Program-made: the position numbers and the translations under genes
In this document: one piece after another, positions 35,746 through 47,851 of the stretch
How positions within the stretch are numbered: the stretch's first letter is position 1
How the letters are laid out: each line of letters starts with the position of its first letter
Source: Botryllus schlosseri
Taxonomy: Eukaryota
Assembly (NCBI GenBank): GCA_051294905.1
Contig: CM119371.1
Coordinates: 20,462,001-20,526,000 of the forward strand
Reading direction: 5' to 3'
Length of the DNA: 64,000 nucleotides
The notes under the pieces: generated by a model
What the model was told of the DNA's origin: nothing
The model's database searches: none
What the model saw: the letters and a program-made list of their open reading frames with translations, nothing else

Positions 35746-37651
35746 ATCTAGCATGATGTTATTGTGGTAATCCGTTGAGATGATCTACTGTCCTATTTTG
35801 CTTACTGCATGTCTCGTACTCGTAACCGACAATATCAGCGCATATCTGTACATACCCTAAATCCCCTGTGACGAAATACGCAAGCTGCTATCTTTGAAGA
35901 TGGGATGGAAGCACTAACCGAGTGTATATTCATAATCAAATTTGACTGAAGAAAAAATATCAATTTTTTTCGCACAATCACTATATGAACTATATCGATG
36001 CCCAAGTATCCCCATATTAACTGAAAGGAAGGTCTACACCCCCAAATTACATTTAAAAAGTAAACATCATCCATCTAAAACAGTGTTTTCCAAAGTAGGC
36101 GATATTGCCCCTTTGTTGGCGATTTTGAGAACAGGGGGTGAAAATACCAAATAGGGGCGACTGGGGGCGATACGGGAAGAAAATATTGGAACTTCTTGTG
36201 AGATTTATTTATTCAACACGACCAAAAATGCGCGTGAAGGCGGATTATTCTGCATGGGACGCGAAAAAGAGGTTAACTCAACGGAAATATCAATAAATGT
36301 CCTGATTTTATGCCCTCTTTTACGGATTTCGCAATGTGGGGGGGGGGGGAATTTGGGTCAAACTTGATAATTAGCAGACGAGTCGAAAAAAGTCGGGATT
36401 CTAAAACATCGACATTCTGGTATTTGTATTTGTGTGTTGTATGGATGAAACCAATATATTGTGAGTGTATTTCAGAGTTGTTTTAATTGAGTTCAAAAAT
36501 AGTCGGTGCCCTTGAATCGCATTTTATTGAATGAAATTTCGTTTTGTTGGCCCTGTACGCGTCGGACGCACGACGCCGAATGCATTTCCATCGAGCCTGT
36601 CACGTCAATTCACTGTAAATCAAAGTTTATCAACACGCAGCCCGATGACCACACGCGACCTGCGATCTAATTTCAACTTTCAGAAGAAAGCAAAGTAAAG
36701 CATTTTGAAATCCTGAATTTAATTTGAGTTTCAAAATATTGTTGTTGTTGTTTCAAGCTATACTCATGTGCCTAATGTAACTAATCCCCAAAGACGGAAA
36801 CGGCTTCGGGGATCGCAGCAGCATTCTGAGCAAAATCAGCGGATAAGAAAGTGCAATGGGCATATTACCTTAATGTGCAATTGCCAAGACACTGTCAAAA
36901 CTGAGACGCTTAGAAAGCGGCTTGGGACATCACCACAGGAATAAGCTTTTCAGGTGGGGTAGTTTTTCAGCTAGTACCGTGTCTCGTGAGTGCTAATATC
37001 GAATGCTTAGTTGCCGAAAATCGTTGTTAGGTATCGCGCGCAGCCCGTAGTTCAAAATAAAACAAAATTGATGATCATGATATTTTTTGTCGAATTGCAT
37101 TTCATTATTAAAATAATACTTTTTCTGGTAACTATTCCCGCCTCCCATGTCAGAGAGAACAGCGTTTCACTGACGTAAAGATTTAAAATCGTGGTTGCGA
37201 GAAGTGTGGCATATTGTTTTGTGTCTCGATATCTTGATTCGTGCAGCCCGCGGTCTCTACGAAATTGCAAACGTGACCCGCAACCCGCTTTGAGTTGACG
37301 AACCCTGCTGTAAATGCATTTTCCTCAAACCTTTAGCACGCCAATTCTTTGTTAACATAATGTGACCAGACATGTAGAAGTTGTATTGATAAAAACATTT
37401 CCTCGAATTATGTGAAAGACACACTTTCCAATAGCGATGATAATTTATGGTACGAGATCCATCTCAACTGAATTTTTCAGTAAATTGTCGCCACCATATT
37501 TTTGTCATTACTCGACACAGGTGAATGTTTTTCAACGAAATTCTTCGCACGTATATATATCGCACTCATACTCTTTCACTTCATCATGACTCTTGCTTTG
37601 TCTTGGATTCGGCATTGAATGCTGTCGCACGTACCTCACACATCCGCATGC

Positions 37652-38797
37652 CTACTGTCGGTATTTCATTTTCGTATGGGCGGAATAGTGTCTTATAAGG
37701 GTAGACTTTTTCGTGAAGCCCTTTCCACATATCTCGCACTCATATTCATTTGTTTTTAGGTGTACCGCCGCCATGTGTGATTTAATGTACGATCTCAAAC
37801 GAAACGCTTTACCGCAAATTTCACACCTATGTTCCTTCTCTCCGGTGTGAACCGAATAGTGGGCTTTGAGTAGGTATTGAGTACTGAATCCTCTTCCGCA
37901 GACATGACAAACAAAATTTTTCGCGCCAGTGTGGGTCAAATGATGTTTTCTTAAATTGACCTTTCCTGCGAAATCTTTCCCGCAGATACGGCAATAGTAA
38001 TCCTTCGTCCCGGCGTGATTCAAATAATGACGTTCAAGTTGAGCATTTTGTCGGAAACGTCTTCCGCATATACGACACTCATGATTTTTGGCTAGTGCAT
38101 GAATCAACGAGTGTGTTTTCAAATTACTCTTTAAAACGAACCCTCTCCCGCATATCGAACATACGTGATCTTTCAAACCGCCGTGAATCACATAATGGTG
38201 GTTCAATTGACCTTTTCGTCCGAAACCTTTCCCGCATATATCACACTCGTAATTCGTTGATCCGACATGCATAAAATAATGTGTTTTCAAATGACTCTTA
38301 GCTGTGAAACCTTTACCACATATATCGCACTCGAACTCTTTATATCTGTCGTAACGTTTCATGTGGCTTCGCATCTCGCATATAGTGGTGAATCGTTTCG
38401 CACATACATCGCATCTGAACTCTTTAAATCTGTCGTGACGTTTCATGTGGTTTTTCATCTCGTATATAGTGGTGAATCGTTTCGCACATACATCGCACTC
38501 GAACTCTTTCAATCCGAGGTGAACTTTCATGTGTGTTTTCAAATTTGATTTCCTGATAAATACTTTCCCACATATATCGCAATCGTGGTTTTTCATTTCC
38601 TTCCGGAATGAATGATGAGATAATGGGGCACAACTTCTCACAAATCTTTTTCCGCATATGTCACCATCAAGCTCCTTGGCTCCGGTGTGAATTTTCATAT
38701 GGACTATCATGTAAGACTTGCTCTTGAAGCATTTTCCACAGACCTCGCAAACATTGCCATTGCAGCCTTGACGATGTTGAAAATGGGGCTGCATCAT
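37652..38797 (-). CDS. Tandem C2H2 zinc-finger protein (13 finger positions, 11 canonical; 381 aa)
   Basis: Intact ORF of C2H2 repeats with HTGAK/HTGEK linkers. Finger 2 and finger 5 lack zinc ligands. An in-frame TGA lies shortly upstream of the ATG. Confidence 0.88.
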   Translation of the reverse strand: MMQPHFQHRQGCNGNVCEVCGKCFKSKSYMIVHMKIHTGAKELDGDICGKRFVRSCAPLSHHSFRKEMKNHDCDICGKVFIRKSNLKTHMKVHLGLKEFECDVCAKRFTTIYEMKNHMKRHDRFKEFRCDVCAKRFTTICEMRSHMKRYDRYKEFECDICGKGFTAKSHLKTHYFMHVGSTNYECDICGKGFGRKGQLNHHYVIHGGLKDHVCSICGRGFVLKSNLKTHSLIHALAKNHECRICGRRFRQNAQLERHYLNHAGTKDYYCRICGKDFAGKVNLRKHHLTHTGAKNFVCHVCGRGFSTQYLLKAHYSVHTGEKEHRCEICGKAFRLRSYIKSHMAAVHLKTNEYECEICGKGFTKKSTLIRHYSAHTKMKYRQ

Positions 38798-38936
38798 TTT
38801 TAACTCGGTAGGAATACTTTGTTGCGGGGACGCTCCTGCGATTCAATGCAGAACCTCTCCTTCAATGTACACAACTAATATCGCGAATAATATGGTTTTA
38901 TGCTGCGTGTTAAAATCTAAAAAATATAACTGCATG

Positions 38937-39770
38937 CAGACTTGGACAACTAGAAAATTTTCAGCTTTTCTGAATTAGATTAGAATTAGAATTAGAGCTC
39001 CACAATTTTTCATAATTAGATTAGAATTAGAATTAGAGCTACACAGCTTTTTTCAAATTAGATTAGAATTAGGATTAGAGCGTCTAAGCTTTTTCCAGAT
39101 TAGATAAGAATTAGAATTAGAGCTACTTAGTTCGCAAAAACTTGGAAATTGAATGAAATTGTATATGGGAAATAAATACAGCAAAATGCAGTTCACATCA
39201 AATCACAGTGCGTAGTGCAAAAGGCCGTGAGGCGATAAGCGCCACATATTTTTGTTTAATAAACAACAACAACATTGCATTCCCACAAACATGAGACTGG
39301 TTAACTTCTGCACACCAAGCTTGGCTCGATTTTTACTATGCTTCAATAAAATATTACTTCTTTTATGGTAACCGTGGGCATCGCCCATGTTAGTCAGAAT
39401 GGCGATGTACTAACGTAAAGTTTTAGAAACTAGAATGTTGTTCGCAGACTACAAGCTACTCTAGCAGGCTATAATCGTCATAATATCTACTATGACTGCA
39501 CGGTGTAAGTAGGGCGATGGCGGGTTGGCACTGGATTCCCTGCGCAAGCGGGATATTCTTTTTAACTCACTGCAATAGTGCAATATGCCTCGGACAAAGA
39601 GGGATTTTCAGGAAAACAATAATTAGATTAGAACTAGAATTAGAGAATACGGACATTTCACAAATTAGATTAGAATTAGAATTAGAACATTAGATTAGAA
39701 TTAGATTACTGGCATTTCGCTCTAATTTAGTGAAATTAGACAACTAGAATTATCTAGTTGTCCAAGTCTT
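38937..39770. mobile_element. hAT MITE (TIR CAGACTTGGACAACTAGA) with (ATTAG/AATTAG)n arrays
   Basis: 8-bp TSD ACTGCATG (38929-38936, 39771-39778); single-copy empty site at about 49046-49053 in the duplicated segment. Confidence 0.92.
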
Positions 39771-42700
39771 ACTGCATGGAATGCGGCACTTCTAATCTCA
39801 GAATATCACTGCTTTGCACAAAACATGACAAGAACAGGTAACAATAGTCATGACGTCATACAGAGTCTAACATCGCATGGTCAGCATAGCCTGCACATCT
39901 TCTCGCGTGAAAGATGCGGATTTATTTAAATGCTATTTTCAACTTGTCGACACCACAAGTCAGTGAACTTCTAAAAGGTGTGAAATGAAAGTGGAAGTAA
40001 TCTATCAACGTGACAATCCGAGGGCTTATCACACGAAGCATTGCTAGCGCTGCGATAAAGTTGGCTTCATGAGAGGGGCATTACAGCGTATTGTATCAAA
40101 GACAGTCGCCAGGATTTGATTACCAACGCCGAGCTAGTATATAAATTCACATACTTGGATAGCACTCGTATCAGTATGTATTGAATTGTGTCACATAAAA
40201 CAGAACGATGTAATTACTACGCAGTTTTACGGAGTTTTGACCTGATTAAAATAATAATAAGATGATAACGATACTGACGTAATAACCACAAAGTTATTGA
40301 ATATTAACGAAGTCCTCCGAGTATCTTTGCTACCCAATTGTAATTTGATAAGCTTGTTTGGCACTGTGCTAGACCTCTACCTCCATAGCGAAACCGGACC
40401 ATTTCAAGAATGTATAGGACGATGTTCTATCGGGCTACTCCCGCAGCCATGATCAACAGTGCCGCTAACTCGAGTCTTCAGCATCTTTTGATTCAATATT
40501 TTGTTAATAAGGGATGTTAAATCCACTTTTTGTCGCGCGATGGAAAAGCGATAATAAATGTTAAACTCATTTTTGTCATGTACCGGAAATGCGAATAGGT
40601 TTTTCGGATTGACGCTAATCGTACGTACGTTTTAGTCGTCTCACCGTTTCTCTATATTAATGTTAATCTATCCCATATACGAGTTTGACGCTGTGACCGA
40701 AAATTCTGCAGCAGATCAAAATGAATTGTTACCACGATGTTATAAGACAAGAATTGGTAGATATGCTTCATGCATGAACCGCATATCTAAAGTCTTTGTT
40801 TTAACTGAGCCGCAACACAAAAATTTAAAAATGAGAATCAAATCCGTCACAATGAAATGTAGGCTATCGAATAAAGTTTATAACTGTGTCGTGACACAGT
40901 GTGTCTTCGATTAGGCTGCAAGGTGTTCGCTGTTTGAACTCAGGCTGGCATGAAATCAACGCAGTGCGGAGCAGTATCTAGTGCTTATGAGCGACTTAGG
41001 GAAGAATGAAGCTCAGTAATATTATTACTCTTTAAATCTGTCTCCGGTGGGTAACTCGTTGCAAAGTTTTAGTATTTGCTTTCGTAATGAGGTTTACGCT
41101 TAGTAGCTTTTTAATTATTGAACTGGCCTTGACAGATATGAACCGTGGCTTATATCCGCTATAACTGAATGCAAACTCTTCTCATATTCTGCTTTGTAAG
41201 GGCTATATTCGTGTTCATACTATCCTTTCCTGCAATTATCGCTCAACGACATTATCTTGACCTAACTCGACCTTTATTGCTAGCCTTTACAATACTAATG
41301 GGAGAGGTGTACTCACAATCAGCCAGGCATTGATCGTGGCCTGCGCTACCGTGATTACTCAATTATCAGGCACATTGTTAAACGCCGTGATTTATCATTG
41401 ATGACCATGTTCCATCACTAATGACCATCTACCATTTTTACGGGTGAAATGTTTATGTGCACTCGGTTCAAGAATTCTATTGCAAAGTTCGAACCATGTA
41501 GTGTAGTGTAGCGTCACCATCCAAGAAATTTCACAGTAGTCTTACGTAAACCATAAGGAAAGAAACAACACAATACACATGTTGATAAGACGAGATGAAA
41601 CGCGTAAATTTATAATCAGGTTGCACCTCTCAAGGAAAATAGTGAAACGCATGTGCAATCAGTAAAGAGCTGCAATCAAAGACTCGAAGAGCCGTATTAT
41701 CGCCATAGGTCTGAATGTGCAAACGATAGCTGGTTACTAATCCTCACTGACACAGTCAAAATTATATGATACTCGTAGGCACGGTGGAATCGCTAGACTA
41801 GTAAAATGTGACATAATGAATTAACAGACCGTGAATTTCGTGCTTCAGCGCAAACTCGTGAGAATATGAATTAATAGCACATAGCATCTGCCTAATTACT
41901 GATAAGTTTTGAAACTGCAACTGCGAATCGTCTGTGACACCCCATATAGAAACTCTTGATATCAAAATACGAACAAATAAATCCTCTCATGCATCAATAA
42001 TCATAGTAGTATAGTAATATAATATATACTATTAGCTCAACGTCATAATTGCTTGTTGCGATGTTATCTAAAAAAGGCATATATTGAATATGATACAAAA
42101 TAGATCTTTAGGATTATCATAAATGAAACCAAATTAACTTACAGTAAATCTTGGCTTGGTATAATACATGCACCTTTATTTGGCATGTGGTGCTCACACA
42201 CATTCTTTGCGTCATGTTGACATGCTGCGTTCACATTTAAAACGCAACAATGGCGACTTGCAAATCTAAACTTATACATGGCAGAAAGATCAATGCATAA
42301 TTTGACGAGGCCGCTAATTTTCCTCGCATACAGCGAGAACGGCACGTCTCTCTGATCATCCTATCAACTAAGTATTGTTAGAAGAGACCAATCATTTTGA
42401 TAACAGAAGCTATCGGATTTATAGGGTATTTAGACTGCGCAATCGTAGTCGGCAATACGTCAGTCTAGGGGCGATGTTTATGACTACAATAATCGAATCT
42501 AATCGACGAATTATTGTAATCACGCTAGCAAGTTACTTTTATTGTTGGTTGTAATATCATTTTTATCCCAGCTCCAGTGCGAGCCCACTCTAGACATTTA
42601 GGATAAAAAAAACGAGTTAATTCAATTTCAAAGTCTCTTACTCGTGGCTCATGCGAGTCCACCAAACACTAATGAATATTAATTGTTTGAGTTTATTATT

Positions 42701-43377
42701 TTTACATTATAGATAGCCTTCATTAATTTCTGACAGCTACTTCCTTAAGTTGTGAGTCAGAAAATGAGAAATTGTTAACACACAGAATGTAGCAACGTAG
42801 CGCGTAGCGTATCGTGAGGGGGCGAGCTTATGTAACAACTCACCTTTGATACTTATAAAGCTTATTTTAAGCTATCAGGCAGAATCGCCAAAATAAAGTT
42901 AGGTACGCACTCCTGGTCCGAACCGTATATCAGACTGGTGCAACAAATAAATGAATCCACCTGGGACCACTCGTACTACTTGCATGCCTCCTAAAGAGGA
43001 ATTAGACTTCCAGCAGCAATACATTTTCATCGTGAATTATGAATGAATATACAGCTTGTCCCAATGTCGTTTTGAGAGCGCGAAGAAACTTTTGCGGTAT
43101 TTTAGCATCGCGTTACTTTGGGATAGGTAGCGGATGTACATGAATTTACAAGCTGACATGTAGTCTGATTTACAAGGACAACATGTAGGGTTGTAGGTAG
43201 GCCTACTAGGTAGACTGTAAAATTACTGTCTCGGGCCTAAATGGACAGGAGAAAATGTAGATTTAATGTACCAGAGGTGACTGTAACATTACGGTCTGGC
43301 GTGTAAAGCTAGATTACCTGGCGGGTGTAAGGTTAATTTACATTGAAACATTGCCCAGTGTTATCCATCTACTAAAG

Positions 43378-46300
43378 CAGTGCTTTTCAACCTTTTTGAG
43401 CTCCATTCGCACTTTATTTGTGAAATAAATTTCATTCGCACAGGCTAATCGAAAATTGTTATACACTAAGAAGATGAAGATACTTAACAACATTTTGTTC
43501 AGATGTTAAACAAGTTTGCTTCTACGTAGATTAAGCTATCAAGTGTCTCATTAAAAAGGCAACTTTTTCGCTCGTTTTGATTTTGACTATATTACTAAAA
43601 CCCTTCCCGGCCAAACAAGTTGTTTGAATTTGTACAAGAACGTCTACCAGTGCTTGGATGGCAGGTCTGAAAAACTGTTCTGCGATCTTATCCAAAATAC
43701 AGCGTATTTTTCGCGAGCGAAAATACTTGCTGGCAGAAATTGATTTTGAGAGGTGACACAAAGGTCACGGAGGCTCCAGTTATTCGAAAGGGTGAAAAGC
43801 CCATATGTTTGTGTTGAGGCTTTTGCTTTATGTCTTGGAGCATAAGGTGAAAAACGATCAAGGATAGTACAGGCACATTAGAGCTCGCTACCTTATGATA
43901 CGTTGCTCCAACTTCTGTCTCGCGGGTATATGAAAAGAGGAATCACCTCATTATGCTGTGTGTTATGCTCTTTATCTCAATCTAATTTGAGAATTCATAT
44001 ATCGGTTCAATGCCAGTAAAGTAGCTTTTAAAGTTCCACCAAAATCTGGGTTTTTGTGGCATCTCGCGACCCGAGCCTTCCCAAAAAAAACGAATTCATT
44101 TTTACTATTACAGTTGTTTGCTACGATTCTACGGACACAATTCTACCCAACACCACAATTCTACCCAACACAGCTCTATACAAAACATGTCTGACGCACG
44201 CGATTTCAAATCAAGGCAAATTAAACACATCTGTGTGCCATAGTTGTACTACTGCGTCTATACCAGTGGTTCCCAACCTTTTCCGACTGATCGCCCACTT
44301 TTTAAGCTCCACACCGATCATCGCCCCCCAAATATTGGGAACCGAAAAATGGGCATACAAACTGGGATCACCGGCGAGTGGACTAATAAGAAAAAAGGTC
44401 AACTTTTCGGCTTGACCTCGAAATTACGATTTTACAGCTAAATTTCCGTGATTTGACTAAAAAAAGGCCATTACTCTGACTTCACTCCAATCAGGATCGA
44501 AACAGCACTTCGTCAGCCCCCCCCCCCAAAAAAATCAACGTTGGTCTTGGGCCCCCAAAGGGTGATAAACGAAACCCCAGACCCTCACAGTGGGCTTTAC
44601 GTTGCTACATATCAGCTATACTTTATTTCATGTGCAGTTTGGAGAGTCACCGTATTTCGCCTAAACGCGCAAAGCGCGACAAATATCTATAATTCATGTT
44701 TGAATCGGTCAATATGATTGGAAATTGCAAATATATTGCTATCAATTTGTTATCCTCTCTCAGCTCACGTAAGCAGATTTACCGGTACAGCTGAGCGTTG
44801 TGTGTTGGAAAAGGTAGGACCCCTAAATAATAACTAAACATCTTCGGGCGGACCCGTTGCTATATTGACTTCGTTACATGATGCTATTTCGTGGACCTCC
44901 TATATCTGCTATGTCAAAAGATATGGAAATCGCCAAAACGTACCAAACTAAAAGACGCACATGATTTCAATTTGGTATATTTCTTTACTGGTAAAAAAAT
45001 TTCCCTGCAGAGATGGCATTTGTCCTATAGGGTTCAGATCGTCAGGACAGGAACATGTGACGCCAGCCAATAAGGCGCCTATGGACAATTAAACATATAT
45101 GTATATATATCGGAGTTTTCCGTCAGCACAAGGGCATTCCTTTTCGGCTTCTCGCTTTCTCGCCCTTCTTTCTTCTCGCTGCTGATCGTCCTGGCACACT
45201 TCTTGGAGTCGCATGTTACATGGCCTATAACTTCATATGTCTTGGTGCGTCGTGGCGCAGTAATAGCCGACGCCGAAGTCTCTATTCCGATAAATCATGG
45301 GTATCTTTGTTGGGGGAAGGGTACCCAACATCAAGATATATGACAATATGATATCGCGACCAGCGCAAAAAATTTTGAAAAGTTGAATGAATTTCCATAA
45401 AATTACTCTATAATTTATGTTAATTCACGAAATAATTTTAGGCCACCTTCGAGTTCGGCCCAGAATTGAAGGTTTGGGGTGCAGCAGTTTGGGTCCTGAC
45501 TCTAATATAGCCATTTTAACGCACTATCGCCCCCTAACGCTCCTTCGTTGCTTTCGCCCCCTATCGCCCCTTTCGTCCGCTTTCCGCCTCCCTGTCGCCC
45601 CTTTCGGTATTTCCGACCCCCTAGACCGCTAAATCTCCCCCTGGGGTGCGATATCGCCCACGTTGGGACCCACTGGTCTATACTCAGATTGCAAGCACGG
45701 GAATCTTCCGTGCCGACAATGGAGCATATCCATATCGAAAGGTTTGGCCATATATCATCTGTCCATTTTAGACCAAAGTTTTATGGCTGCTTATGTTTTC
45801 TCACCGCATTTTATCAGCGGTTTGTTGGCCAAAACTTTGCAACTTCATGTGCCCCGACGCAAAAGGGGTGGGCCTCGAAATGAATGAGTCTCATAGACCT
45901 GAACTCGCTCGTTGCACACCCCCACACTAGCTCATCGCAAGAGTCTTCTACCAGTTTTTTCAGAAAAATCAGTCGGACAAATCTCATCACGAATTCTCAT
46001 GATAATGCCATTATTTTATGCGTGTCTCGCTCATTGGCTACAGTACCCAACACAGTCACCTTGGATATGTAAAAACTATCGCAAAATTGTTTGCATTAAA
46101 TTCAACAAATATATAAACAGATAGCTCTGGCACTGTGTCGACTCAAATTATACACTTTGCGGTCCATACTTTAATAACCCTTGAACGGGTAAAAGCTTGC
46201 AAATGTTAGTCTGTAAAGTGTAATGATGGTATATTTACTACTATCCTCGTGCCTCGCGCTAATCGAGCAGTTATTACGAAACTATGATGGTTGTTTAGCG

Positions 46301-46765
46301 AAATATAGCAGAAAGCCAATTTGACATAATTTTTTCAGCCTGTCGCGGGCACAGGCGGGCTGATATAATGTATATCTGCCACTACACCAGCTTCCAAACC
46401 AGACTTTTGATTACGTTATAATTTTAGTGCGAAAATATCAATCCACTACGGCTTGTGAAAGCTATTATCAATGGTGCTTCGTTAGTTGAACAAGCTTTTA
46501 CAACTACGTCGCCACTACAAAAGTTACACAGACCTTACATTTCCTATTAGGTATATTTGAATTATTCCACATCAGAAAAATTAGAAATTATTCATGAATT
46601 TCATTCGCCCTTGAATCGGATTTTCATTCGCAGTATTCGCACCATCATCGTCATTCGTACTTGATCCGGATTTTCATTCGCAATATTCGCACCACCTTCA
46701 TCATTCGCACTGCAATTATTTTAATTCGCACAAGTGCGAACCGTCACACAGGCTGAAAAGCACTG
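43378..46765. mobile_element. Deleted Buster/Charlie-type hAT element (TIR CAGTGCTTTTCA)
   Basis: TIRs, imperfect TSD TACTAAAG/TACTAAGC and CATTCGCAC motifs at both ends. The minus-strand remnant IAEQFFRPA...QTTCLAGKGFSNIVKIKT resembles Buster transposase motifs. Confidence 0.75.
44264..45675. mobile_element. Non-autonomous hAT element (TIR CAGTGGTTCCCAAC), ATCGCCC subterminal motifs
   Basis: 8-bp TSD GTCTATAC (44256-44263, 45676-45683); nested in 43378-46765. Confidence 0.9.
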
Positions 46766-47851
46766 TACTAAGCATCGATATTCTGTTCTTCCGATATTCT
46801 GATTTGCGTGTTGTATAAAACCAATATATTTATTTAGGTGTTTTAGAGTCGTTTTGAATGAGTTCAGAAATAGTAGGCACGCTTGCGTCGGATTTCATTG
46901 AATGATATTTAATTTTGTTGGCCCCATACGCATTCGTCGATGTGTACGAAGTCACATGTATTCCGTCAAACCTACCACACCAATGACCTATTCCCTTTAA
47001 CACGCAACCCGAGGGTCGGATCAGCTGAAACGGCTTCGAGGATGGCAGCAGCATTCCGAGGGAAATTGGCAGGTACAAATGAGCATATCCCATCGACGTG
47101 CAAATGCCAAGACACTGTCAAGACTGAGCCGCTTACAAAACAGCATGGTGTATCACCACAAGAATAAGCTTTTCGTTGGGGTTCATCTATTACAGTGTCT
47201 CCCTAACCCCAATATCGATGCCTTGGTGGCCGGAAATCGTTGTTACGTATCGTGCGCAGTTCACAGTTCAAAATAAAATGAAATTGATGATCACGATAAT
47301 TTTCGGTCGAAAAGTATTTCTTTAATAAAAAATACTTTGTGTAGATATTCCCGTAACCCTTGTTAAACAGAACAGCGTTGGACTGAAATACAGAGTTACA
47401 AACGTGGTTGTTAAACAAAGTGTGACCTATTTTGTCTCAATATTGCGATTCATGCGACCGGCGATATCGACCAAATTTCATGTGACCCGCGACCCGTTTC
47501 AAATTGGCGGCCCTTGCTGCAAATGCATTTTCATTAAACCTACGGAAAACCAATCTTCTGTACAAGTTGTATTAATCCAAACGTTTTCTCAAATTATGTA
47601 AAACACACATTTTCTGGCAGCGATGATATTTTCTAGTACGAAGATCAATCTCCACTGGATTGTTCATTGAATTGTCGTCTTAATATTTTTGCCGTGTCCA
47701 TAATTTCTGAAATGGCGCGCAAGTCGATGTATTACAACGAAATTCTTCGCGCGTATACATCTCACTCATATTGTTCCACTTCATCATGAATCTTGTTTTG
47801 TGTTGGATTCGACATTGAATGGTGTCACACGTACCTCACACATACGGATGC

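Larger units (their letters stand above)
36070..42375 (+). repeat. Segmental duplication copy 1 (ZNF gene plus flanks)
   Basis: Colinear direct similarity with about 43360-58200 once TE insertions are removed. Both copies end at ctctgatcatcct.tcaactaagt (about 42374, about 58199). Confidence 0.88.

Noticed and set aside
38970..39750. Interstitial telomere-like (TTAGA/TTAGG/GGATTA) tracts, also 14690-15080
   Set aside because: They are confined within TIR elements with 8-bp TSDs.
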